Shown: piece by piece, positions 1 through 11,758 of the stretch | Layout of the letters: each line of letters begins with the position of its first letter | Numbering within the stretch: the stretch's first letter is position 1 | NCBI GenBank assembly: GCA_000697335.1 | Contig: JNEM01013393.1 | Location: 1 to 40,309 of the forward strand | Source: Conidiobolus incongruus B7586 | Taxonomy: Eukaryota | Direction of reading: 5' to 3' | DNA length: 40,309 nucleotides | The notes under the pieces: generated by a model | Seen by the model: the letters and a program-made list of their open reading frames with translations, nothing else | What the model was told of the DNA's origin: nothing | Databases searched by the model: none | Translations under genes and position numbers: made by a program

Positions 1-33
1 TGGTTAAATCCTACTTAAAAAGTTAACCTCAAT

Positions 34-375
34 ATGACTCTCAAGCGTAGAAACAACGGACGTAACAAGAAGGGACGTGGTCATGTTAAGCCCGTCCGTT
101 GTACCAACTGTGCCCGCTGTGTCCCCAAGGATAAGGCCATCAAGCGTTTCACTATCCGTAATATGATTGAAGCCGCCGCCGTCAGAGATCTTGCTGATGC
201 CTCAGTCTACACTGACTACGTCGTACCCAAGTTGTACGTCAAATTACAATACTGTGTATCCTGCGCCATTCACGCTCACATTGTCCGTGTCCGTTCTCGC
301 GAAGGACGTCGTATCCGTACTCCTCCTCCTCGTTTCCGTTTCAAGGATGGAAAGAAGGTTGCTCCTACTGCCTAA
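34..375 (+). CDS. RPS26: 40S ribosomal protein S26 (eS26)
   Basis: 113 aa intronless [42 protein letters not shown]...YCVSCAIH...[10 protein letters not shown], the eS26 zinc-binding signature; strongly biased codon usage. Confidence 0.98.
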   Translation: MTLKRRNNGRNKKGRGHVKPVRCTNCARCVPKDKAIKRFTIRNMIEAAAVRDLADASVYTDYVVPKLYVKLQYCVSCAIHAHIVRVRSREGRRIRTPPPRFRFKDGKKVAPTA

Positions 376-1851
376 TTTTAGACCAGAATAAATACTTGGT
401 CTCGAGAATATCAGCATATTATCCTTGACCAAATAACACCTGCGCTGACTGTATTTTCAACTAAATATTTTGGGAACAAAAGCAATAAGATCTTGACATA
501 TCGGTAAATTTTTTAATAGATCTGTCTATTTTAATCAAACCCACAAATTTTAGATTTATAGGTTATTTACAAAACCTATACACCAAATATTAACCAATAT
601 ATTTTTATACCTTCTAGTTGTTTATCGGCTTCCAATATGTCAATATATATAAAAGCACAAATTACTCCAATCCCAGATGAATCTTTGATCCTAATTACAA
701 GATAGATCTAATTCAAATCTGTTAATGATTTTTCTTCACTTCTATTGACCATACTCCACCAAGAGTTATTTTGATAAGGCTTTTTATATTCTATTATTAC
801 ATCAAGGGTTTTGCTATTATAGTGTCAGATATCATATTCTCATTTATAGTCTTTTTACAGAATTTTTTCCACTACTCTTATTTGATATCTCAGCAATATT
901 AACCTTCTTTTTTGTTTACATTTACTTTGATTTTCAATTTGAGCTCATAGAAATCCCAGTTATTTTTTCAATGAATCTAAATCATATTTAATTTATTATT
1001 CCTTTTATTGATACTATATGTATTGTATCTAGGGTTTGTATCCAACTTTTAAACGATCATATCTCTTTTATTACAATTAATAAACTCATCAAATCCCTCT
1101 AAATTTTTAAATCGGTGTTTTAATGTTTACTATAAAATGTATTTTCTTAAATTCAAATAAACTCTAATTTCATATTACCATTATCATTTACACACTAGAT
1201 ATAATAGATCTTAAAGGAAACGATTTGCTATGTTTTCCACCTTCTCAATAATTTTAATTATATTCATTTATATTTGATCATTTATATATTGCCTTTGTTG
1301 CAGTAAATATCTAAGTGAATAATATAGCCGAACAATTTTATTGTGATTTCTTTCTAATATCTCAAATTGATTTTGATTATCTAGCAGGTAGACCTATTAT
1401 ATTCCTTGTGAATAATATCTTGGCTATATAATTTTATTGAAATAAATTATATTAATAAATCTTTGGTACATAATATGAATTATATGGTAAAGAAAATTCA
1501 TCAATATAAAAGATCAAAATCAAAAATAACTTAGAATATACTCATAATAAATTAATCAATCAAGATGACAAATAAAAATGTAGCAACATCATAGTTATAA
1601 TTGATAATTATAAATTAAAAATTTGAATAAAAATAGCTATAATGAAAAAAATTGATGAAAATAGTAGTCAAATAGGATGATCATTTAAATAAGTATATTT
1701 ACAAAAATAAAATGCATATATTGGTTAGTATAATCTAGTATTATCGTCATAAATGAAGTTTATGAATGGTGGGATAAAGAATACAGGAGTTCGATATAGT
1801 CCAAAAATAAAGGTTGGCCTTTATTATGGATAGATCTAATTCGCATGGGGC

Positions 1852-2307
1852 TTAGGCAACTAAGGTGGAAGCGGTGGAGGATTCGTACTTCCAGTTGGGG
1901 GGAAGGGCACCAGAGCGCTTGTAGTAACGAGCAAGACGGTGGATTCTGGATTCAATTAAAATTAAACGGAATTTGGAATCTTTGTCTTTGCGGTTGCGTT
2001 CCAAGTGCTTGCGAACGGAGACAGCCTTCTTGATCAAGAAGTACATATCTTCAGGGATTTCAGGAGCCAATCCATTACCCTTTAAGATACGGACAACCTT
2101 GTTTCCGGTGACGGAACGAATTTGGGGAATACCGTGAGAGTCACGGAGAACAACACCGATTTGGGAAGGAGTCATACCCTTTCTGGCTAATTTGCAGATT
2201 TGTTCAGTAACATCTTCGGGCAAAGCCTTAACCCAGGTAGGAGGGTTACGACGGTAAGGAAGAGCGGATCCGGAGATACCTTTTCCAGGAGCATGCATAC
2301 GACCCAT
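1852..2307 (-). CDS. RPS13: 40S ribosomal protein S13 (uS15)
   Basis: 151 aa intronless [21 protein letters not shown]...[16 protein letters not shown]...[19 protein letters not shown], typical of uS15. Confidence 0.98.
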   Translation of the reverse strand: MGRMHAPGKGISGSALPYRRNPPTWVKALPEDVTEQICKLARKGMTPSQIGVVLRDSHGIPQIRSVTGNKVVRILKGNGLAPEIPEDMYFLIKKAVSVRKHLERNRKDKDSKFRLILIESRIHRLARYYKRSGALPPNWKYESSTASTLVA

Positions 2308-2777
2308 CTTGAACTAATTGGATATTATATGAAAAATAACTTTCAATGACCAAAAGATTGAAAGTTTTGACGAGAAGAAAATATTTTATTTTAATATCTT
2401 TAATAGTTAAAATTATGGGATAACCTAAATACATTATCCAAACTTAAATTTATGATAATTAGATATTGATTGATTTAATTATTGATTGATTACTAAAAAT
2501 ATAATTGTTTCCACTCTGAAATATTTTCAAACTTAGATTATGTATAGTATCGCATAATAATGAATCACAAAGGATTGTTAAATTATTATGAGAGTACCTG
2601 ACAATATGTAAAAGTTAGGATAACAAAAAGGAATTATTGATACAGTATGCGAACCATCTGGTCAATTTAATGAATCAACGGTATAGAATTATTCCATTTA
2701 GGACACCTTCGAATAGATTGGACATCACTTTTTATCAATCCACTGTATCAAATCTATTACATCGGTAAAACTTTCAG

Positions 2778-3140
2778 ATGAATGAATATAACGACAAGAT
2801 CAATTATATTATAGGAGAATTCCATAACATTATCAGAATATATTTAAAATCAAGTCACAATTATCGAATATTCAACAATATCAAGCAATATCAAGCAAAT
2901 AATCTAGATCCTAATTTCAATATGATTCACATTACATCGTTTCAAGCTAAAGAGTGCGTGGATTGGATCGATACTTTACTCTCTCAGTTTTATTATCAAT
3001 ATTTAAAACAAATTCAATTCACAAAACTAATGTTCAATGATCAGCAGAGTACTGTAAAATTTGAAACTTTATATGACCAATTCCAATACTTGAAGGGAGT
3101 TACAATTAGAAATAATATTGAGCAATTAATGCAAGATTAA
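2778..3140 (+). CDS. hypothetical protein or 3' remnant of a decayed gene
   Basis: 120 aa ORF with no recognisable motif. The same frame continues upstream to ~2583 but contains TGA, TAG and TAA stops. Confidence 0.35.
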   Translation: MNEYNDKINYIIGEFHNIIRIYLKSSHNYRIFNNIKQYQANNLDPNFNMIHITSFQAKECVDWIDTLLSQFYYQYLKQIQFTKLMFNDQQSTVKFETLYDQFQYLKGVTIRNNIEQLMQD

Positions 3141-5139
3141 ATTAAGTTTACAAATGAATAAATTTTTGCAAAATCGATAGATTCACACTTTTGATATATA
3201 AATTATCACTAATAACATGATTTCAATTTAATCCTATTTTTTCTATTTTATCAACTATATAATATTATATTTATCCAAATTGTAATATCAACCCCATAAT
3301 AGGTTTAATAATGGCTCAAATTTTAAATTCAGATGTGAACTGTCAACAATTTATGTCTTGAAATATTCAATCTTATTAATTATTCATTTCAAATAAATTT
3401 ATTTGTTATATGTAATGAATACCAATCAACATCAATACATTAAACAATAGTCAATGATTATTAATCATTACTATTATGTTAAATAAAATTTATTCACCAA
3501 TAGACTGAAAGGTTTAAGATTTGATGTGCTAACAGAGTTTGAAAATGATTTTAATTGAAATTTTACTTCCATTCAGTGTAATCAAAAGGATTTAAAGTAA
3601 TAATTGATAAATATAAGATAGAATATTAGTTGGTTTGTTGATGCCAGTTTAGCCTATTAGCAGGTACATCAAATAACCATAGTTCCATTTTTGATCTTAC
3701 CGATTTTGAATAATCAAATAATGATAAAATTACTCCATCTTTTGCTAAGAAATTTGGCATTTATATTGTATCATTGAAATATTGATATTTTTAATAGAGT
3801 AAAAGAATTTCAAGCTTGAGTTAATCAGGTGAAACGATTGGCTCAAGATACTGGAAAGTTTTTTTTCCAAATTCTTATAATGGTCAATTCAAGGTGTGAG
3901 ACACGAATCATATAGCAGCTCTATGTTCTTTCAATTAAGATAAAATTAATTTATATTCGTTGCCCTCTAATATGAATAAGGGCTCATATCGGGCAATATC
4001 ATTATCAATTAGATAATTAAATGTTTTTTATAATCATGGCTTATTGGTATGCTCTAATTCGGATAGGAAAAGATTAGTTGACTTAAAATCAAACTCTATT
4101 ATTTAAACTCTTACAGTTGCATCAATTAACCATTATTATTTATATTTAATAAATATGAACTTAAGTTATAAAGAATCTGTAATGATATCTCAATAAGCAC
4201 CATATTTAAATTACATACTGATTTCAGCTGAGTAGTGTTGTCCAATTGTTTTGATTATTTATTTAATAATTCATATATTAGATAAGAAGATCAAGACTTG
4301 AGGTATTATTATAGCTCACTCTTGTTTAATGTATTTAAATCAATAAATTCCCCTTTGATGATCCTCTAAATGAAGCAATTGCATCATATAATTTGCCAGT
4401 AGTAGGTGTAGGTGTCAATTTAAGCATCAAAATCATTGCTTAATGAGTGTCAGATTTGATGACAGCAATAAGAAATGGGATATGTTCAATGGAACGCTTA
4501 TCAAAAAGTATTTGGAAAAGAAAATGGTGTTTCCTAGTAATATGAATCGTGATCCAGTAGTTAATGCTAAGAATACCATATTTTTATCTTCTCCAAAATC
4601 TAAAAGCTTTCATTGATCAATTTTAAATCACATCAATGTCAATTACTGGAAAGAGGAATTGGACATTTATCTAGTATAAGTTCAGAGATGGTTTAAGATA
4701 TTACTTATTTTACATGTTTTAATTATTACTAATTTAATACAAGGAGTTATACTATAATGGAAGTAAAAGAGATATCTATTGCTGGAAAATCTTTGTGTCC
4801 AACTACTATTACAAATAATTCTGGTAATAATATTTATAGGTAACTATTTCATTTTGTTATATTTAGTCACAATACATTTATGTTATTATTAGAATCATTA
4901 TCAAAGTGATTGGTCAGATAGCGATTAATACATAAAATAAACAACTATTTTTTATCAATTAATAGATAAAATCATCATGATGAAATCAGCTATTGATCTT
5001 CATAGGAAAAATATTTATCAAATTAGCGACATAAGTCGATAAGTTTATTTTCAATGTTCAGTGATATTCTTGTATTGATAATTATAAAATTAGAATGGTT
5101 TATTAAGATTAAATTAAATGAAGGCTGTTGAATATAATA

Positions 5140-5647
5140 CTATGTATTTAGTTTTTGATAGCTTGATTTTGATAGGAATGGGTTGTTTGAGGTGGGTATG
5201 TGAATGGGCATAGGCTGTGTTGGTAGCTTTGAATGAGAGGAATTGGGGTTGGTGATGATAATGGTCATTTCTGGATTAATAACAGAGTGTTCAATCTCTT
5301 CATCTTCATTATCAATGTTTGCTTCATAATTTAATCTTGATAATAGAGCCTAAAGTGACCTATTAATAAAAATAATAAAATTTGGGATATATATAGCTTA
5401 CATAAATTTGGATAGACAGTATTATAATCAATATAAAAGACATCAATAACGTCCAAACAATGCTCTGATAAAGTTTCAAACTAAAATAAATACTTAAAGC
5501 AATGATCACTTCTATTAAAACTGCCACAATGGCTCTATTGATGAGTTTTTTTCTAGCTCTTTGCTCTATTAACCATGCTGGATCTCCATTCAACTCTATA
5601 ATCTCGCCTCCTTTAACCAGACTCACTTTATTTTTCTTCCAAAACAT
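5140..5647 (-). CDS. hypothetical small membrane protein (2 predicted TM helices, Pro/Ser-rich C-tail), 2 exons
   Basis: ATG at 5647 (MFWKKNKVSLVKGG...). Hydrophobic segments AIVAVLIEVIIALSIYFSL and IVWTLLMSFILIIILSIQIY. A 52-nt GTAAGC...TTTAG intron (5401-5350) joins in frame to ALLSRLNYEANIDNEDEEIEHSVINPEMTIIITNPNSSHSKLPTQPMPIHIP...KLNT*. Confidence 0.65.
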
Positions 5648-6115
5648 ACACAATAATACTGATATAGAATACCAAGTATAAGGATTGAAAACGCAAATGG
5701 GATTCAGTTAAGATGATTTATATAATTTTGAGAGAATGGTAGTCTTAATGCAGATCAGGAGTTCAATTTCCTAACACAGACAATCGAACTCAAATTCATT
5801 CATCATTAAATTAAATCAGCCTAACCCAATTAGTCAATCGCGCTCTCCTCCTCCAGCTCTCATGTTGTCCAATTCATTAAGTTGCAAATTTAGCATTAAA
5901 CTTTAATTATTCATTTATAAATTAAGTAACATGGCTTATGAATTCATGGATTATTTATATAATATTATTAAATACTTTCTAGTTACTTAGTTAACCAAAT
6001 TAGGATACCCCAGTCCCACAAATTTATATTAATATGAAGAAATATTCAACTTAAATTAGTATGATATAAACAATATCATTAATTCTAGTTGTAAACCATT
6101 TAATAAATAGTATAT

Positions 6116-7578
6116 ATGTCACATCAAAGTGGAATTTCAGGTCAATATATATTCGAGTCAATCAAATCACATCAGTATATTTATATATGCCTATCATTTA
6201 GCTTCTCAAGATTTAATTAAAACTTTTGCTGAAGCTTGTCAAATTGATAACTCACAAGCTGATCAAGTTCGTTTGATTAAAATTCAACTACTTGATGGTA
6301 ACCCCGTTTCACATCATACGCCTTTAGTATAGTAAAATATATTGATACATATTTAGAACAATTTCAAGTAACTCAAACTGAATCGATTCAAGAAAATTGG
6401 AAACAAGGTAAATGACTGAATATAATTATAATTTGATAACAATTAATTGTAAAAGATTTCCAAAAGATTCAAGATTCTGCTAAAGATAATCAACCTGCAT
6501 ATATTGCATATCGATTAGATTCTACCGAGGAACAAGATCAAGGTGCTTGGATCCTTATTTGCTTTATACCTGAAACAACTTATGTATTCAATTATATCGT
6601 TATTCATTTCAATTATTGTTAATGAGTCAATTATAGGTACGTCAAAAGATGCTATACGCTTCTAGCAAAGCTACTTTATTAAAAGACTTGGGTGCACAGC
6701 ACTTCCAAGTCAAATACTATGCATATAATCAGGTATTGAAAATACTGATTTAATTAAATGGCTTGAGCATCCTTATTAAATTCAATATAGAATGAATTAT
6801 CTTTGGAAGTATATTTGGAGTATTTAGAACATCAAAAAGCAAGTGCTCCTTTAACACAACAGGAGCAAGAGGCAAAGTTCGCTCAAGAATTAGAAGTAAT
6901 TTTTCAATTTGAATATTTAAAAATTTACTCTAACCAATTTTGGATCTAGTCTGCCGATCTTATACAATCACCCCAAAGACGCACTCATGTTTCTGGAATG
7001 CAGGTAGATTTTACAGAAGCTGCGAAAGCTGCTCTTCAGGAATTTAATGATGCATCTCTGCGTATGGTGATTTTAGCTGTCAACATGTCTGAAAATAATA
7101 TAAATTTAGTGGAGACAATTGAAGATAGCTATGATTTTACCAACGTCCATTATGCTAGCCCATTCCCAAGTGATCAACCTAGATATGTCTTGGTCAGGGT
7201 TTCTAATGATGCTACCAACAGTGACTATAATAGTAAGTAATGATGTGTTACTTTAATGATTTTGATATCCTAAACATAATTGATGTAGTGTTCGTGTACT
7301 GGTGCCCTGGAAATTCACCAGTTCGTCAACGAATGGTATATTCATCCTATAAAGGATCAGTGCTTCAGTATATTCAAGATGAGCTGCAGATCCCATTAAA
7401 AAGCAAATTTGAATTGGACCAAAAAGATGAATTGACATTAGAGAGATTAACAGAACATTTAACCCCTTCTGAAACTTCGCCCATATTAGCCAATCAAGAA
7501 TTAGGAAATCAGTTAAATCCTCTACCTCCTTCTGATAAACCCAAGTTTTCAAGACCCTCAAGACCTGGAAGAAGGTAA
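6116..7578 (+). CDS. TWF1: twinfilin (two ADF-H domains, actin monomer binding), multi-exon
   Basis: Starts MSHQSGIS|A-SQDLIKTF. Exons encode VRLIKIQ, DNQPAYIAYRLD, ICFIPETTY|VRQKMLYASSKATLLKDLG, APLTQQE, PSDQPRY, VFVYWCPGNSPVRQRMVYSS and the twinfilin tail KPKFSRPSRPGRR*. Several short GT-AG introns. Confidence 0.93.
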
Positions 7579-7790
7579 TTTATCATATTTATTGTATTCA
7601 CAATATCGCCATTTTCGAAAATAAATCATTTTGAATTGTTTAAGCAATATATTTTACTTTTAATTTATTTCCATTTAATATATTACTTAATTTAAACTTT
7701 AATTAATTATCCAGAATTTTTATATATAATTCAAATTTCTTAATCTAAAATTGAATACGTTGGATTGAAGTGAATTATATTCTTGCAAAA

Positions 7791-7982
7791 ATGAATCTTA
7801 TTAACTACGGATTATTGATGCTCATGATGGCTGCAAATTTAGCTGATCAAGCTGGATTTGATACTCAAACAGATCAAACTGAATGGAATAAAGAATTTGG
7901 ACGATATTTAGCAAGTTTACCTCAAGATAAGCTACGTGAAATATTCCAGACTGATGGAACTGTATCCATCTATCCTGATTAA
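7791..7982 (+). CDS. small hypothetical protein (63 aa), hydrophobic N-terminus
   Basis: AAAA-ATG context at 7791; MNLINYGLLMLMMAANLADQAGFDTQTDQTEWNKEFGRYLASLPQDKLREIFQTDGTVSIYPD; GC visibly higher than the flanks; AATAAA just after the stop. Confidence 0.5.
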   Translation: MNLINYGLLMLMMAANLADQAGFDTQTDQTEWNKEFGRYLASLPQDKLREIFQTDGTVSIYPD

Positions 7983-8074
7983 AGTTATTAATAAAAATTT
8001 TATTTATTAATGTATCGATGTAATAACAATGAAATGCATTTTTATTAAACCAAGTGATTAATCTTCAATATAAA

Positions 8075-11000
8075 TTACTGCCTTCTAGATTTAGGCTTAG
8101 CAATTACACGATCTCTCAGATGAGGTGGCACAATATTAGAAGGGCTAGAATCTCTAGAATTAACAGATGAGTTTGGACCCGAGCTGGCGCCACTGTGAAC
8201 AGAATTCGTTCTGCTACTAAAACCTAGATTAGGGGCAAAGGGGTTAGCTTGGGTATTAGGTGCAAATGGATTATTTTGAACTAGTCCAGATCCAAAGCCA
8301 GTGTTATTGGGCATGGAGTTATTAGTGCCAAATGAACTGGAACTAAACCCGGATTGGAATCCTGAATTTGTGGTAGAAGTGCCAAACCCTGGACCCGAAT
8401 TCATGTTGGTGTTTGATCCAAATCCATTTGGTACATTGTTATTGTTAGAACCAAAACTGCCGGATCCAAAACCTGTGTTGGGGCCAAAGCTGCCGGATCC
8501 TAAGGAGTTAGTAGCGCCAAAGCTATTGGAATTGGAGAATGGGTTAGGGGAGCTGTTATTGGATCCAAATGAATTGTTGAAAGTGTTAGTGGAAAATCCT
8601 GAGGAGGTGTTATTATTTCCAAAATTGTTTCCTGATTGGAAGCCGCCAGAAGTATTCATGGTATTTGTAGAAAGAGGGGCGAGAGCAAAAGGATTTGCTG
8701 AATTTGAGCTGGCGAATACATCTTTGGGAGGATTTGTGGACCCAAAGGATTGGGACTTGGGATGAAATCCGGAATTGGCGGGTTGATTTTGAGCAAATTT
8801 GTTAACTGCAAAAGGGCTGGGGCTGGGGTTGGAGAATGAATTGCTTGCATTGCTCGAAATAGCAAATGGGTTTTGCAGAGGAGTGGAAGCATTGGCTGAT
8901 CCAAAGGATGTAGAGGCAGTGGAAGAAGCTTGAAAAGGATTCTTAAGGCGTTTAGATGAGAGAGTGGGCGAGGTGGGGGGATGAGGAGGTGAGATTTGCA
9001 TAGAGCCACTCGTATCAGGAGTAACCTGCATAGGAGTGATGCTCATGGGAGATGATGGTGAAACAGTAGGAAGTTGTACTAAAGGTTTAGATGGGGTTTC
9101 ACTGGCTTCAGAAGCTGCTGCTTTGGGTGCAAATGGATTCGAAATTACAGGGGCAGGAGTAGAAGTTTGAGCAGTAGATAATGCAGCTGGTTGGGAAACA
9201 CTGACAGTATGGCTCTGAGTGGAGCTGGGAGAAGATGTGGCACCAAATTTAAAGCCAAAGGTTCCGAAAGATTGAGATGGAGCTTCACTTTTAGCTTCTG
9301 TAGCATCTGGTTTTGAGGTAACGGTCGTAGTAGAAGCAGGTATTTCCTGGGGTTGATTTTCATTGGAATCTTGGTTAGTAGTAGCTGGAGAAATGGGCGT
9401 AGGGTTGGTTTGACTTCCTTCGGGCTTTGTTTCGTTCGTTATATTGTCAGATTTGGTGACTTGATCTTGACTAATGGTATTTTGATTGGGTAAAGAAGGA
9501 GAAACAAGCGAAAATGAAGATTTTGTTTCGGTAACATTATTAGGAGTAAAATTTTCTTTATCTTCAGTTACTTTAAGAGTTGTAGAATTTGCATCAGACT
9601 TAGTTGCTTCGGTATTTTGGATAGTTGGAGTTGTATCAGATTTTGGAGCGGAGTTCAAAGAAGAAAATTGACCAAATGATGGAGCGTCAGTTGGAGATTT
9701 GGCAAAAATACTTGGCTTGGTTAATGAAGTGGACCCAAATGGGATTGAAGGAATAGCATTGAGCTCAGTTTTTTCTAGATAGTTCTCTTTCTCTTGTTCC
9801 TCGTTAGCAGGGATATCCTTAGAGCCGAACTTGAAAGATGGTTTGGCTGAAAATGAATAAGGACTAGTATTCTTATGATTAGGAAGTAATTCTTTTCCAG
9901 AATCGGACTTAAGATCTAAACAAGTTTTGGGTGTGGCACCAAAATTAAATGCTGGGGCTGTCGTTTGTTTATCTGTTTTTGATGGAAAGAAAGACCCAAA
10001 TGGTTTTGCAGAAAAATTATCGCTTGAAATTTTACTTGGATCAGTAGATTCTGTGGTGATAACTGTAGTAGGTTTGGAAAGATCAGCCTTCTCAGTACCA
10101 GTGGCATTAGTTTGGGAGTCGGCAAGATTAGATTTTTTGCTCAAAATGGGTGCAATTTCAGAGGCAGAGTGCTCGACATCAATTGAGTCACCAAAGCTTC
10201 GTTTGTTTTTAGATTTTATGAGTTGGTCAGTATTAGTAGCTAAAGTGTTACTAGTCAAAGGCTTAGATGGAATGCTACAAAAGGAAGAAATTTTAGAAGG
10301 TTGCTCTTCGGATGAAGCAAGAGATCTTTTCTTAGATGTGGAACAGGATTCCAATTCAGAAACCGATGAAGCTGCCGATAAAGTATTCTTGGGAATAGTG
10401 GGTGATACTTTATTTTCGAGAGGAGTGGTTTGTGAAGTAAAAAGATTTGCGCCTGTAGTTTTGGAATGCGATTCCAATGATGGTTTGGTCGAAGAAACTA
10501 TAGTTGCAGTAGATTTAACTTCGGTCAAGGGTTTGGATGATGTTTGAGCATCTTTTAGGGATTTAGCAGCTGCCTTTTTGTCAGCAAAATATTTCTTAAG
10601 ATCCACAAGCCATTTTTCCTCAAGAGGATCCGGTTGGACTGAATCATCTTGAATTTGGTGACCAATAAGCTGGTGGTCAGTTTTGGTCAAATCTATAAGA
10701 TCCAAGTTGTGCTCATTAACTGTGGATTCCTTATTATTCAAGATAGATGGTTTAAAAACAGGGGGAATAATTGTTGCAGTGTTAGTAGTATAGTCATAAC
10801 GATACTGATAAAAGGGGAAATTTTCATAATTGAAATAAGTAGTAATTGCCAATAATCTCGCGGAATACATGATTCGACGATTTTGGTAAACTAAGTAAGA
10901 AGGAGTCCAAATAGATTTCTTCAACAAGTTATCTTTGACAGCTTTAGCTACCTCATAGTCATAGGGAGTGATATTGCGGAAAAAATGAGACACTTCGTCA

Positions 11001-11490
11001 GGAGTTTCATAATGTTCTCCCAAAATAGGATGCTTAGGGTCAAATTCATGGAAAGGAAAGCATGAAAAATCTTCTTCGGAATAAGATATACAGGGCCTTT
11101 CTGATGGAGGAAGTCGTGGGGTAGCTACTACTAAATTAACGGAGTTTGGGTTCAAAGGGAGGTCCAATGGAGGCAACACTATTCTGTCGAGTTCTTGATC
11201 AATTGGGTAGCTTATTGTTAGAGATTGTTCCATAGTATTTGATTTGGATTCATTTTTGGAAAACCAGTTGAATAAGCGCTTAAACAATTTCAAGGGGTTA
11301 TTGTCTTTTTCCTCATTATTTTCATCAATCTAAATAGTAGAAAAGGATTAATAAAGAACAATGGAATGATAGAGAATAGTATTACCAATTCATTTGTTGG
11401 GATTTCTTTTTGTTTTTTTTGAGGAGTGTTTAAATAAGGGTGTAATTGCTTTTGTTGATCTTTTTTTGATGTAGCAATGAATTTTGGCAT
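8075..11490 (-). CDS. FG-repeat nucleoporin, Nup1/Nup124/Nup153-like (nuclear basket), 2 exons
   Basis: Exon 1 11490-11386 (MPKFIATSKK...NEL), a 56-nt GT-AG intron 11385-11330, then in frame into the 1072 aa ORF. Amphipathic N-terminal helix LKLFKRLFNWFSK; FxFG motifs (AFNFG, SFKFG, GFKFG), many SFG/GFG repeats, S/T-rich low complexity; basic C-terminus DRVIAKPKSRRQ resembling Nup1/Nup153 tails. Confidence 0.8.
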
Positions 11491-11752
11491 ATTCTAATAT
11501 AAGTAAATATACAATATATTATATATAAATATATTGAATTATTAGGATTATAATGACATCTTACAGTAAATTTAGAATAAAAGAATAATGATCTATTATA
11601 TACATCATTTTTATTCAATATTTTATGGGATTCTTAGTGATTTTTTAACTGAAAGAATTAATCAAATCACCTAAAAGTTTGAAAAGAGAATTGTGTTACT
11701 TTATAATAAGGAATTTTTATTGGGTATTTGTAAATTTTTAGTTTCGAATATG

Positions 11753-11758
11753 ACGCGT
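11753..11758. promoter_or_regulatory. possible MCB-type element (ACGCGT) upstream of the nucleoporin gene
   Basis: TGACGCGTTT about 260 bp upstream of the nucleoporin ATG, in CpG-poor AT-rich DNA; single copy only. Confidence 0.25.

Noticed and set aside
380..402. AGACCA...TGGTCT hairpin just after the RPS26 stop
   Set aside because: Only a 6-bp stem; insufficient to call an ncRNA or regulatory structure.
167..2434. Short ORFs overlapping RPS26 and RPS13
   Set aside because: Frame and antisense shadows caused by strong codon bias.
4560..4700. Fleeting resemblance of decayed fragments to DAHP synthase motifs
   Set aside because: Key motifs (KNGTDG, LRGG, DCSHGN) are absent.
8301..10855. Long antisense and alternate-frame ORFs (154, 117, 206 aa and others) within the nucleoporin gene
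   Set aside because: Shadows of a low-complexity S/T/N/F/G-rich coding strand; no independent motifs.
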